Below, in pieces: positions 38,447-49,209 of a stretch of 64,000 nt of DNA. Below the pieces are notes generated by a model, which had not been told where the DNA came from, did not search any database, and saw nothing but the letters and a program-made list of their open reading frames with translations. Numbering within the stretch: position 1 is the stretch's first letter; each line of letters begins with the position of its first letter. Both the position numbers and the translations under genes were made by a program. Source of the stretch: an uncultured Acidobacteriota bacterium (lineage in GTDB: Bacteria > Acidobacteriota > Vicinamibacteria > Marinacidobacterales > SMYC01); NCBI GenBank assembly GCA_963716925.1, contig CAVQUX010000025.1:144751-208750 (forward strand), given 5' to 3'.

Positions 38447-39481
38447 ATGGCAAGATTCGCCTCCATCATCTCGGCAGTCGACACCCACACCGCGGGGGAA
38501 CCGACGCGAGTCGTTCTGAGCGGTCTACCACCCATCCCCGGCGATACCATGGCTGAGAAGAAGCGATACATGAGGGAGCACCTCGACCGTTTCCGCACGC
38601 TTCTGATGCGCGAGCCGAGGGGACACTCGGACATGTTCGGAGCCATCGTCACGCCACCGACGACGGATCTCGCGCAGTTCGGTCTCATCTTCATGGACAA
38701 CGGCGGCTATCTCGATATGTGCGGTCACGCCACCATCGGCGTCACGTCGGCGCTCGTCGAGATGGGGATGGTGCCGCAACCTGGTGAAAATACCGTCGTC
38801 GCTTTCGATACTCCGGCCGGAATCGTGGAGGGTCGTCCGCGGGTACACGGAGATCGGGTGGTCGAGGTATCCGTTTCCGTCGTTTCCTCGTTTCTATACG
38901 CTCGCGAAGTGGAGATCGAGATCCCTGAGATCGGCAAGATCGAGATCGATGTTTCGTTCGGGGGAAACTTCTTCGCCATGGTTCCGGCAAAGGCTCTCGG
39001 AGTGTCGGTCCAGCCGGATAACCTGCCGCGCCTCATTCGCCTCGGAATGTCGGTGAGAGAAGCGGTCAACAGGAAGATAGAGATTCGTCATCCCACGGAG
39101 AAGCACATCGACCGAGTGGAACTGACCGAGATTTACGACAAACCCGATCCGGCGAGAGCCTATTCGAGGAATACGGTGATCTTCGGAGATGGCCAGGTCG
39201 ATCGCTCTCCCTGCGGTACGGGAACCTGCGCGGCCATGGCGATGCTGTACGCGAAGGGAAAGCTGTCTTTGAACCAGGATTTCACCAACGAGAGCATCGT
39301 CGGAACCCGTTTCCGGGGAAGATTGGAAAAAGAGGTCAGGGTCGGCGACTTTGCCGCCGTCCAGCCGGTGATCACGGGAAGCGCATATATCACGGGAATT
39401 CAGCAATTCGTCGTGGACCCGGAGGATCCGCTCAAGTACGGATTCTCGCTCGGGCGAACTGCTTCCGACAGCAGTGATTGA
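38447..39481 (+). CDS. proline racemase-family enzyme (Cys/Cys type: proline racemase or 4-hydroxyproline 2-epimerase)
   Basis: Both catalytic cysteines are present (DMCGHATIG and DRSPCGTGTCAAMAML). Confidence 0.8.
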   Translation: MARFASIISAVDTHTAGEPTRVVLSGLPPIPGDTMAEKKRYMREHLDRFRTLLMREPRGHSDMFGAIVTPPTTDLAQFGLIFMDNGGYLDMCGHATIGVTSALVEMGMVPQPGENTVVAFDTPAGIVEGRPRVHGDRVVEVSVSVVSSFLYAREVEIEIPEIGKIEIDVSFGGNFFAMVPAKALGVSVQPDNLPRLIRLGMSVREAVNRKIEIRHPTEKHIDRVELTEIYDKPDPARAYSRNTVIFGDGQVDRSPCGTGTCAAMAMLYAKGKLSLNQDFTNESIVGTRFRGRLEKEVRVGDFAAVQPVITGSAYITGIQQFVVDPEDPLKYGFSLGRTASDSSD

Positions 39482-39523
39482 TTGACCCGCGCGATGCATC
39501 GGCGGAGTCGAATCCCCGGCCGA

Positions 39524-41596
39524 TCAATTGCTCCTCTCGAGCCCAGCCAGGCGCGCGCGGATGGTTTCCTGATCGGGGCGAAGTTCCAGCGATCGCCGGA
39601 AGTACTCTTTCGCTTTCTCCGGGTTTCCAAGTCGCTCGCAAACGTCTCCCAGGGCGTTCAGCACGCCAGGGTCGGGCGGGCGGATCGCTATCGCTCGCTC
39701 GAGATAGCCGACCGCCCGAGAGAGTTCATCCTTGAGATACAGGGCGATGCCGAGCCCGGCCTGCACCTCGTACTGATTCGAGTAGTTCTCTTCCAGCGGC
39801 AGCAGAAGGTCGAGCGCCCGGTCCGTTTCTCCCGACTGTAGTAGAAGCCCCGCCAGACGCCACTTCGCCGACGGAAGCTCGACCTCCCGTGCGGCGGCCG
39901 CCACCTCCAGCTCGGCGCGCGCCTGCTCGTATCGTCCGAGCGCCAGAAACTGCTCGCCTCGCGCGAGGGCGATACGGCCGGGCTCGCGCGTGTTGAAGCT
40001 TCGCCGATAGGTCCACGGACGAACCACGAGGGAGAGCGGCGAGACCTGCAGGCGGGCCTCCTTCTCCGCCACGGCTTTTCCGGAACTGTCGGCGAGCTGG
40101 ACTCGGAGGACGTAGTCGCCTCCAGCCACGTCCGCCAATGCGAACTGCTCCACGACCGGACCGCCGTCGTAGTCGATCACACGGCTCGAGCGCTGCTGGA
40201 GGGTCCTCTCGCCGTCCAGCAACGCGAAGTTCAGCTGGTAGTCCGGAGATGCGCCGAGAACCTGGAACGCCGCGTGGAGGGTATCTCCAATCGCGAACAC
40301 CGCGTCCGCGGACGGATGCATCAGGAGGTTTCCAATCTGGAAGGTCCGCAGCTCCTTGGCGCCGACGTTCTCGCTCGTGAGCTCGCTTCCGAACCCGATG
40401 ACGATGTCGCTGAGCGCTGGCCCGTTCGACGGGATGGGATCCACACGGACATCCCGCTCGGCGACAGCGTATTGCTTGCTCACCCGGTTCCTGAGAATTA
40501 CGTTGATCGAATAGTCGCCCGGCACCAGCGGGAAATTGGCCTGGTAGGCAAACGAGGAAGCCATCACCTCTTTCAATCGGCTCGGACTGAGCTCCAAATA
40601 CGTCTCGTTCTGGCTGGCCATCACCAGAACGCCCGCCCGGTCCGAGACTTCCAGAGTGACGTCGAGAGTGGTGTAGAACCTGGAGCCGTCATCGTCGGCC
40701 TCCAAGGTGAAGTTGCCGGGATCGATCTCGATGCTGTAGTTCACGAATGGCTTGTTCTCCGGCCCGGCGAGCACCGCGAAGATACTCCGGCTCGGAACGT
40801 AGTTGAACGAATACTCGACGTTCACCTTCTTGCCGTAGCGCTCCCAGGCATCCAGATAGTCCGTACGGATAGCGCGTCGAGTGGATTCGTAGATCCTCGC
40901 CATCAGGAGGTCGTTTCCCAGAGAGGGCTGACCGTGGACGAAATCCGCTGGATCGGAGGGGTCCAGGGACAACGAAGCCCGAGCGAGTGCGGGAGATACG
41001 CGATTCAGCACGGCGAGCGTCTCCACCAGATCGATCGAGGAAGGGCTGCCGAGGCCGGCCCGGAGCGCCGCGGGGCCGTCCGCCGCGGGATTATATAGTC
41101 GATATTCCCCGAAGTTGTTTCGTCTGAAGAAGATCAAGTTGAAGTACGACGGGAGTCCCTTGGAGGCATCACCTTCGTAAAACCAAAGCTCGGAGGAAAC
41201 GATCTGGTTGTAACCCTCGTAGCGCTCTATCGAACGCGGCTTTCCCAGAGTGATGTACATCCGCCCTCGATCCGTGGCCCACCCCGGTCGAGGCGCTTCC
41301 AGTCCGAGCGTGGAGTTGGCAAACTCGATTCGACGATAAAGCTCCTCCTTGAACTCGTTCTGAGGCGTGGCCGGGTTGGGGTCGCGCTTCCTCCAGAAGG
41401 CTTCGATGAACCGTTCCCGCTCTTCCAGTGTTTCGAGCGACAGGAAGACATCTTTTTCTCGGTCGAGGATGAAATACACCACCTCCTCCTCGAGCCAACG
41501 GCGGTGTTCGAGTGAAAGCCGGGCAAGCCGCGGATCTTCCGCCCTTCCCGGGGCCGCCATGAGCAGGCTGAACCCAAGAGAGAGGAGTAGCGTCAT
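39524..41596 (-). CDS. GWxTD domain protein with C-terminal TPR repeats (secreted)
   Basis: Signal MTLLLSLGFSLLMAAPGRA. PGWATDRG is the GWxTD motif. TPRs at the C-terminus. Confidence 0.75.
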   Translation of the reverse strand: MTLLLSLGFSLLMAAPGRAEDPRLARLSLEHRRWLEEEVVYFILDREKDVFLSLETLEERERFIEAFWRKRDPNPATPQNEFKEELYRRIEFANSTLGLEAPRPGWATDRGRMYITLGKPRSIERYEGYNQIVSSELWFYEGDASKGLPSYFNLIFFRRNNFGEYRLYNPAADGPAALRAGLGSPSSIDLVETLAVLNRVSPALARASLSLDPSDPADFVHGQPSLGNDLLMARIYESTRRAIRTDYLDAWERYGKKVNVEYSFNYVPSRSIFAVLAGPENKPFVNYSIEIDPGNFTLEADDDGSRFYTTLDVTLEVSDRAGVLVMASQNETYLELSPSRLKEVMASSFAYQANFPLVPGDYSINVILRNRVSKQYAVAERDVRVDPIPSNGPALSDIVIGFGSELTSENVGAKELRTFQIGNLLMHPSADAVFAIGDTLHAAFQVLGASPDYQLNFALLDGERTLQQRSSRVIDYDGGPVVEQFALADVAGGDYVLRVQLADSSGKAVAEKEARLQVSPLSLVVRPWTYRRSFNTREPGRIALARGEQFLALGRYEQARAELEVAAAAREVELPSAKWRLAGLLLQSGETDRALDLLLPLEENYSNQYEVQAGLGIALYLKDELSRAVGYLERAIAIRPPDPGVLNALGDVCERLGNPEKAKEYFRRSLELRPDQETIRARLAGLERSN

Positions 41597-41637
41597 CAAG
41601 AATTGTCTTCGTCGCGGCGATGCGGAGCGCTGCAACT

Positions 41638-42252
41638 CTATTCCGAGACGGGAGGAATTACCTTGAGCCCGAATTCCTGCGCCGCATCCTCGAGCCATCT
41701 TCCAAGGAAATCAGCGAAGCTACGACGGACGACGATCTCGAACGACTCCTCCCTCCGGGAGAGAAGCACCCCGGCTGTCGCCAGAAGAGTCTGAGCGCAC
41801 CGTCCTGGGGCAAAGACCCGCGGGTGCAGGTCCAGGGAGCACCCTTTGCCCAGGAGATCGCGTGCATGAGATCCGCGAAGGGTGAGTACCGTTTGACCGC
41901 TGCTCACGTCGCTGACGGCGGCGAAGATGCCCGTGAGAGCGTCTCGCAGCGCTTGAGCGATTCGGGTCTCTTGGTCCCGGGCGGTCAGGAGCAGCCATTC
42001 GTTGGGGCCCAGCCAGAACGCCGTCGTCTCGCGGTTTTCCGTGAGGGTGTTCGGCTGCAAGGGCAAGCCGAAGCCCACCACCCCTTCGACGGCGCGGAGA
42101 AACCTGGCGTCGGCCGGGTCTCCGCGCAAGTTGATGTGCCCCAGGAAGGCAAGTTCCCGGATCTCACAGCCCGCTTCGCTCCGCTCGCTGCCCGCGGGCG
42201 GAGTGGCGTGGAATTCGGTCAACGGAGATTCTCGACGAGGGACCCTAGACAT
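41638..42252 (-). CDS. soxG: sarcosine oxidase gamma subunit
   Basis: Position after soxA, and SoxG-like sequence (GcvT-like fold: ...RETTAFWLGPNEWLLL...). Confidence 0.7.
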   Translation of the reverse strand: MSRVPRRESPLTEFHATPPAGSERSEAGCEIRELAFLGHINLRGDPADARFLRAVEGVVGFGLPLQPNTLTENRETTAFWLGPNEWLLLTARDQETRIAQALRDALTGIFAAVSDVSSGQTVLTLRGSHARDLLGKGCSLDLHPRVFAPGRCAQTLLATAGVLLSRREESFEIVVRRSFADFLGRWLEDAAQEFGLKVIPPVSE

Positions 42253-45200
42253 TCTGTCTTGCTCCCTCCGGGTCGTAGAAGACCGGGCTCGCAACCACCG
42301 CGGGCACGACGCGACCGTTCAGCAAAGGAACGTACACTTCTTTTCCCATCCGCGACCTTCCGGCCTTGACCAAGGCGAGCGCAATGGAACGTCGAAGCTG
42401 GGCGCTGTAATAGCTGGAAGTGACGTGTCCAATCATCGGCATCGGAACCGAAGTGGATTTCGACTCCACGATCTGTCCGCCCTCCGGCAGCACCTCGCTG
42501 GGCGATTCCGTAAGCAATCCGACCAGTTGCTTGCGATCTTCGCGGAGCGAGTCCGCTCGGGATAGCGAGCGCTTCCCGAGAAAGTCCTTTTGCTTGCTGA
42601 CGATCCAATCCATCCCCAGATCGGAAGGGGTGACGGAGCCGTCGGTTTCCTGCCCCACGATGATGAAGCCTTTCTCCGCCCGCAGGATGTGCAGGGCCTC
42701 CGTTCCGTAGGTGCTGATGCCGTACTCCTTGCCGGCCTCGAACAAGGCGTCCCACGCGCTCCGGCCGTAGTTCGCGGGGACGTTGACCTCATAGCTCAGC
42801 TCCCCGCTGAAGCTTATACGAATGACGCGAGCGGCGACGCCTGCCACCGTGCCCTCGCGCACGGACATGAAGGGAAAGGCCTCGTTCGAGAAGACGATAT
42901 CGTCACAGACCTTCTCGATCACCTTCCGGCTCTGGGGGCCGACGACGGCGATGTTGGCCCAGTGATCGGTGACCGACGTCAGATAGACTTTCAGCTCCGG
43001 CCATTCCGTCTGGAGCCAGCGCTCGAGCCAGTTCATGACCGAAGCCGCCCCACCGGTGGTGGTGTGCATCAAGTAATGATGCTCGCCCAGCCGGACGGTC
43101 ACGCCGTCGTCCATCACCATGCCGTCCTCGCCCAGCATGAGGCCGTAACGGCAGCGGCCCACGGGAAGGTTGCCGAAGTTGTTGGTATAAACGCGGTTCA
43201 AGAGCTCCACCGCGTCGGGCCCCTGGATGTCGATCTTGCCGAGCGTCGACTGATCGACCAGACAGACCGAGCTTCTTGCCGTGAGGCACTCGCGGTTCAC
43301 GGCATCGCTCATCGTCTCGCCCGCACGCGGGTAGTACCATGGCCGCTTCCATTGCCCGACGTTCTCGAACTCCGCACCCGCATCCACGTGCCACTGATGA
43401 ATCGGCGTCTTGCGAACCGGGGCGAAAAGCTCTCCGATGTCGCGCCCGGCGAGAGCGCCGAAGCTGACGGGGCTGTAGGGCGGACGAAACTTGGTGGTGC
43501 CGACGGAGGGAATATCCGCTTGGAGCGCGGCGGCGACGATCCCCATGCCGTTGATCCCGCTCAGTCTTCCTTGGTCGACGCCCATGCCCAGCGTGGTATA
43601 GCGCTTGACCAGCTCGATGGATTCGAAGCCCTCGTCGACCGCTATCCCGATGTCGGCGGCGCACACGTCCTCCCGCATGTCTACGAACTGCTTATGCTCC
43701 CGGGATGCCGCTTGCCTCGAAGGCACCAACCACATGGGGCGCAGCAGTGCCTCGGTTTCGTCGGAAGTGCCGGGCATCCTTGCCTTGACCTCGCGGTCGC
43801 CGAAGCCCGCGTCGTGGGCGGCGGCGGCGCCGGCAGCAAAACCCTCATGCAGACATTCGCCGAGCGCAAAGCGGCCATTGCCGGAACCGGCCGAACGCTC
43901 CGCTTGAACTGACTGACCGGGAACGAAGCAGGTCTTGACCCCGTCCCAGACCACCTTGCCACCGGATTGCGAGTGCAGGTGCACGCTCGGGGTCCAACCG
44001 CCAGAGACGGCAACGAGGTCACAGGGGAGGTCACGGAGCTGGCCCTCGACACGGTTTCCCGTCCCGTCCAGTTGTATGATCTCGACGCCCGTCACTGCCT
44101 TTCTGCCCCGCACGTTCACGATGACGTGGCCGGCGATTACGTCGATGCCCTTTTGCCGCGCCTGGGTGGGCAACGGGCCGCGGGGATCCGCGTCTCGGAT
44201 CCACGACGGCAACCGACTCCAATCCCGCGTCAGCGAGCTCCATCGCCGTCCGATAGGCGCTGTCGTTGTTGGTGAACACCAGCGCCCGCCTTCCAGGAGC
44301 GACGGCATATCGGTTCACATACGTCGAGACCGCCGATGCCAGGAGGATGCCGGGGCGGTCATTGTTGGGAAACACCAGGGGGCGCTCGATGGCGCCGGCA
44401 GCAAGGACGACCTCCTTGGCGCGAATCCGCCACAGCCGTTCCCGGGGGCCGTTTTCTGTCTTCGCCGGCGCCGGGTGGGACTTCGCCCGCTCCAGCGCTG
44501 CCAGAAAGTTGTGGTCGTAGTAACCAAACACCGTGCAGCGCGGAATCAAACGCACGTCTTCCATCGCCCGCAGCTCTTCGAGAGCCGAAGTCGCCCACTC
44601 CATGGCGAGCGCGCCATCGATGAGCTGGCGCGAACCGAGGAGGCTACCGCCCATCTCGCACTGCTCGTCGGCGAGAATGACCCGCGCCCCGCGCCGCCCA
44701 GCCTCGAGCGCCGCCGCGAGGCCGGCCGGCCCCCCGCCGACTACCAGAACGTCGCAGTGAACGTTCTGTTTGTCGTAGCGATCGGGATCAGGTCCCTCGG
44801 GCGGCCGTCCGGAGCCGGCGGCTCGGCGGATGAAGGGCTCGATCGTCATCCACATGCCCCTCGGCCACAGGAACGTCTTGTAGTAAAAGCCGGGTGGCAG
44901 AAACCTCGAGAACAGCCCCGCGAGGGCCAGAACGTCGAAATCCACGCTCGGCCAGCCGCTGGTCGAAGTCGCGCTCAACCCCTCGTAGAGCTCCACCTGA
45001 GTTGCGACCTGATTGGGCAGAGTGGTGCTGCCGCTGCCCACCTGAAGGATGGCGTTCGGCTCCTCGACGCCGCTTCCGACGACACCGCGGGGACGGTGAT
45101 ACTTGAAGCTTCGTCCCACCACCCGAACTCCATTCGCCAGCAAAGCCGACGCGAGAGTATCTCCCTGGTAGCCGTCGAAGCGGTCCCCGTTGAACGTGAA

Positions 45201-45257
45201 GGAGACGGGCTTATCCCGTCGGACGCGGCCGCCCGGCGGGAAGTCGATAGGGTTGCC
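42245..45257 (-). pseudogene. soxA: sarcosine oxidase alpha subunit, with a frameshift near 44175-44185 and no canonical start codon
   Basis: N-terminal part (…RDKPVSFTFNGDRFDGYQGDTLASALLANGVRVVGRSFKYHRPRG, FAD/NAD fold) is in the frame of ORF 44031..45143. The rest (…LPTQARQKGIDVIAGHV…, GcvT-like C-terminus) is in the frame of 42245..44308. The junction lies at ccgcggggatccgcg. The conserved N-terminus begins immediately after the soxD TGA, in the same frame, with no ATG/GTG/TTG. Confidence 0.7.
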
Positions 45258-45539
45258 TCACCTGCCTCCTCCCGGCGGCTGTTCTCCGGCTTTGTAGACC
45301 GATACGATTTCGTAAGTCATCGTATCGCGCTCGACGTTGAACCAGCGACGGCAGCCCGCCGAATGTAGCCACTGCTCGCGGTAGCGGCCCAGGGTGTTCT
45401 TGCGCATGAAGAGATAGTCCGCCCACGCTTCGTCGCTGACGGAGTTTGGCTCTCTCGGCCTGATGACGTGAGCCTCCCCGCCGTAGGAGAATTCGGACTC
45501 CTCTCGAGGTCCGCACCAGGGGCAATCGATCAGAAGCAT
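45258..45539 (-). CDS. soxD: sarcosine oxidase delta subunit
   Basis: MLLIDCPWCGPREESEFSYGGEAHVIRP is the SoxD signature. Confidence 0.85.
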   Translation of the reverse strand: MLLIDCPWCGPREESEFSYGGEAHVIRPREPNSVSDEAWADYLFMRKNTLGRYREQWLHSAGCRRWFNVERDTMTYEIVSVYKAGEQPPGGGR

Positions 45540-45550
45540 GGCCAGCTCCT

Positions 45551-46799
45551 TCAGTGCGCGACGCCGGCAGCGCCGTGCTCGTCGATCAGGTGGCCGGTGG
45601 TAAACCGCTCAAGGGCGAAGGGTTCATTGAGAGGATGGGGCCGGTCCTGAGCGATGGTATGGGCGAATACGAAGCCCGAGCCCGGTGTCGCTTTGAAACC
45701 GCCCGTACCCCACCCACAGTTGAAATAGAGGCCCCGGACTGGAGTCTTGCTGATGATCGGACTGGCATCGGGACAGATGTCCACCGTCCCCGCCCATTGC
45801 CGCATCATGCGAACCCGACTGAATATCGGAAACAACTCGACGATTGCGGCCAGATTGTGCTCGATCGACGTGGAGGCTTCCGCGAAGACCGTAACCGTTG
45901 TAGGCATCGATTCCAGCGCCCAGCACGAGCTCCCCCTTGTCCGTCTGGGAGATGTAGGCGTGGACTGCGTTGGACATCACGACGGCGTGCAAGATCGACT
46001 TGAGCGGATCCGAAACCAGCGCTTGCAGCGGATGGCTCTGGATGGGCAAGCGCACACCCGCCATTTCCGCCAGCACGCTCGAGTTACCCGCCACCACCAC
46101 TCCCACTTTCTTGGTCTTGATGAATCCCTTCGTCGTCTCGACACCCACGACCTGGCCGCTCTCGCGTCTTATGCCGGTGACGCCGCACTCCTGGATGATG
46201 TCGACCCCTCGGACGTCCGCAGCCCGGGCGAAACCCCAGGCGACGGCATCATGGCGGGCGGTGCCGCCTCTACGCTGCAGCGACGCCCCCAGCACCGGAT
46301 AACGAGCTTTCGGCGATGTGTTGAGGATCGGCACCAAAGCCTTGAGCTCTCTCGTCGTCAGGATTTCGGCATCGATTCCATTCAATCGATTCGAATGGAC
46401 CCGACGCGAGATCCCGCGCATATCCCCCAAGCTGTGAGCCAGATTGATGACTCCCCGCTGGCTCAGCATGACGTTGTAGTTGAGCTCCTGACTGAGGTTC
46501 TCCCAGAGCTTCAAAGACATCTCGTACAGATGCGAGGTCTCGTCCCAGAGGTAGTTGGACCGCACGATGGTGGTGTTTCGACCGACGCTCCCGCCGCCGA
46601 GCCAGCCCTTCTCGAGCACCGCGACGTTGGTAATCCCGTGCTCTTTTGCCAGGTAGTAGGCGGTGGCGAGACCGTGACCGCCAGCGCCCACCACGACGAC
46701 TTCGTATTCCCGCTTGGGAGAGGGGCTGCGCCACTGTCGGCCCCAATTCTCGTGATAGCTGAGGCCGTTGCGAACCAGGCTGAGAAATGAGTACTTCAT
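45551..46799 (-). pseudogene. soxB: sarcosine oxidase beta subunit with a 1-nt frameshift near 45860-45870
   Basis: N-terminus [26 protein letters not shown] (FAD fold) continues to ...[10 protein letters not shown], then goes out of frame. The C-terminus ([38 protein letters not shown]...[14 protein letters not shown]...) lies in ORF 45551..45907. The local sequence gtcgatcgag differs from gtcatcgag by one extra g. Confidence 0.75.
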
Positions 46800-46895
46800 C
46801 GTCGTTCGACTCTTCGACCTACCTGGCCTGCCGTCCTCTGCGCCATCTAGAACCGAACGTCGTCGGAGCTTCGAGACCCGGAACCGGTGGCGAGA

Positions 46896-49028
46896 CTATT
46901 TTGCTCCCGCCGTCGGCGTGGGAGTGGTCGGTGGCCGCTTGTCGACGAAATGTTTCTCGTACCACGCGACACTCCGGTCGATCAAGTCCACTACGTGGTT
47001 CGGCTCGCGGATGCCGTGGCCCTCCCGGGGATAACGCACCATGATCGTCTCCACTCCCACGTCCTTGAGGGCGGTATAGAACATCTCCGATTCGGCGATG
47101 GGCACGTCGTTGTCGTTCTCGCCGTGGACCAGCATCGTCGGCGTCTTCACCTTGGGGGCGTGCTTGAGCGCCGACCACTCCCACATCAAATCCATCATGT
47201 TGTCCTGGTGCGGGAAGGCTCCATTCTCGACGGCCATGTAGTCGTGGTAGTAGGACATGTAGTTGAACGTCAGCTGGTTGTAGATGCCGAAGATGGGAAT
47301 CGCCGCCTTGAAGCTCGAGGTCTGAGTGATGAGCCACCCTGTGATTTGCCCGCCGCAGCTCCCCCCTTCGATGCCGAGCCGCTCGGGGTCGAGAAATGGA
47401 TTGCGGCGAAGCGCCGCTCCCACCGCGAACAGAACGTCCTTGGGTTCTCCGCAGTTGCTGCCCAAAACACCGAAAATAGCGTCGGAGAATTTCTGGCCGT
47501 AGCCGGTCGAGCCCCGGTAGTTGACCATGATCGTCGCCCACCCTTGAGCTGCGTAGACCTGCGCCTTGTGATCGTACACCGGCCCCTGCTGGCCGTGCGG
47601 TCCTCCTTTGATCAGAGCGATCAGCGGGTGTCGGGATTCGGCCGTTCTCCGCAGGGGGAGCGTCAGGAACGCCTCGACCTCCTGGTGGTCGTGACTGAGA
47701 AAAGTCATCGCCTGGATCTCGGCGATTTGCTTGCCCGCCAGGACGGGAGCGTTCAGATCCGTGAGCCGCTTCGCCGGCGCACTCCCGACTTTCGAATAGA
47801 GCTGGGGCATATCCGTGGGGGAATGAAACGAGTACGCGAGCTCACCGCCCTTGCCGGGCGAGAAAGACGTCACCTGGCCCCGGTCGTTCACCACCGCTTG
47901 AGGTTGGCCTCCCGACAGCGACATGCGATACAGCCGCACGCTTCCCCGCTCTTGCACCGTGGCATAGACCGCGCTTCCATCGGGGGCCCACGTCGGAACG
48001 CCCTGGCGGTTGTCGATCGACGCTCCCAGCTCGCGGGGCTCCGTTCCCTGGGCGTCGATTACCCAGACGTGGGTGTCTTCCATGAAGCTTTCCGATGATG
48101 CGAGTCCCCGCTTCGTGCCCTGGTAGGCGATGGACTTACCGTCGGGAGACCACCGCGGCATGTACTCGACACTTTCCGTCGCCTGCACTCTCCGGATGGA
48201 GCCGTCAGCGACCCTGACCGTAAAAAGGTCGTTGTTCAGGAAGCGGTCCGGATCCGGCTCGCGGTTGGAGATGAAAGCGATCTCGTCCCCTTTGGGAGAC
48301 CAGTCGATCGAGTGCTCGTGGTAGACGCCATCCGTGAGTTGACGGACTTTCTTGGTGCCCACGTCGACGACAAAGATGTGCAGGCGCCGGTTGTCGGTGA
48401 ACCGCGTACGGCCCTCACCCGCCGTGGGCTTGTATTGGTAGCGGGTGATTACCCGGGGGTCGCCGCTCGCTTCTTCCGTCTCCGGACCCGGAGTCGCGGA
48501 GAGGTAGGCGATCTGCTTGCTGTCGGGCGACCAGCTGAACCCGTCCTTGTCCCCGCGTGGAAGGTCGTGGTTCGTCCCTGTTGCCGTAACCAAGAGCGCC
48601 TCTCCGCTCCCGTCGGCGCGCGAGAGCATGAGATTCGACTCGCGGCTCGAAGCGAGCTCATGCTCAACCACCGGCTCATGGGCGGGAGGCGGCTCCTCGC
48701 TCAAGACACCGCCCCAGTAGGCAATCCACTGCCCGTCGGGCGACCAGCGCGCTGTTCCGCCGGTTGACTTCTCCCCGGTCAAGCGGGTTGATTGCCCCGA
48801 GGCCACGTCGAGAATCCAGATCTGCGTGTACGGCCGGCCGACGCGGCCGTTGTTCTGAACGCTATAGGCGATGCGCTTTCCGTCGGGGGAGAACGCGGTC
48901 TCCACCACCGAGCGCAGACGGTAAAGGTCGCTGCTTTGAAGGAGTGCCGACTGGCCAGCGGTTTCCCTGCACAAGCTCACTGCCGTCAAGGCGGTAGCGA
49001 CCGCAATCCGAGAGGCGTACATACCCAT
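46896..49028 (-). CDS. S9-family serine peptidase (acylaminoacyl-peptidase/prolyl oligopeptidase-like) with N-terminal TolB-type propeller, paralog A
   Basis: Propeller repeats (SPDGKRIAY, WSPDGQWIAY), GGSCGG nucleophile elbow, and the C-terminal VHGENDNDVPIAESE...REGHGIREP catalytic Asp/His region. Confidence 0.85.
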   Translation of the reverse strand: MGMYASRIAVATALTAVSLCRETAGQSALLQSSDLYRLRSVVETAFSPDGKRIAYSVQNNGRVGRPYTQIWILDVASGQSTRLTGEKSTGGTARWSPDGQWIAYWGGVLSEEPPPAHEPVVEHELASSRESNLMLSRADGSGEALLVTATGTNHDLPRGDKDGFSWSPDSKQIAYLSATPGPETEEASGDPRVITRYQYKPTAGEGRTRFTDNRRLHIFVVDVGTKKVRQLTDGVYHEHSIDWSPKGDEIAFISNREPDPDRFLNNDLFTVRVADGSIRRVQATESVEYMPRWSPDGKSIAYQGTKRGLASSESFMEDTHVWVIDAQGTEPRELGASIDNRQGVPTWAPDGSAVYATVQERGSVRLYRMSLSGGQPQAVVNDRGQVTSFSPGKGGELAYSFHSPTDMPQLYSKVGSAPAKRLTDLNAPVLAGKQIAEIQAMTFLSHDHQEVEAFLTLPLRRTAESRHPLIALIKGGPHGQQGPVYDHKAQVYAAQGWATIMVNYRGSTGYGQKFSDAIFGVLGSNCGEPKDVLFAVGAALRRNPFLDPERLGIEGGSCGGQITGWLITQTSSFKAAIPIFGIYNQLTFNYMSYYHDYMAVENGAFPHQDNMMDLMWEWSALKHAPKVKTPTMLVHGENDNDVPIAESEMFYTALKDVGVETIMVRYPREGHGIREPNHVVDLIDRSVAWYEKHFVDKRPPTTPTPTAGAK

Positions 49029-49209
49029 CCTCCTTGCTCGTATTCCGATCTCGAGCTCCGAGCCCGCTGCGGGCGGCAACCGCCCTCAGCCCGGCTCGAT
49101 TCACCTATTTGTTTCAGTTCGCGACGATCGAGGGAAGCGAAGCGGAGAGCGGCCCGTTGCGCTGTTTCTCCGCCTCACATCCCTGATTGCATCCTGCGCG
49201 AGCCCGCGG

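Noticed and set aside
45255-45260. TGA between soxD and soxA as a selenocysteine codon
   Set aside because: There is no SECIS-like element and no known selenoprotein in this family. A mutated or non-canonical start or an error is more likely.
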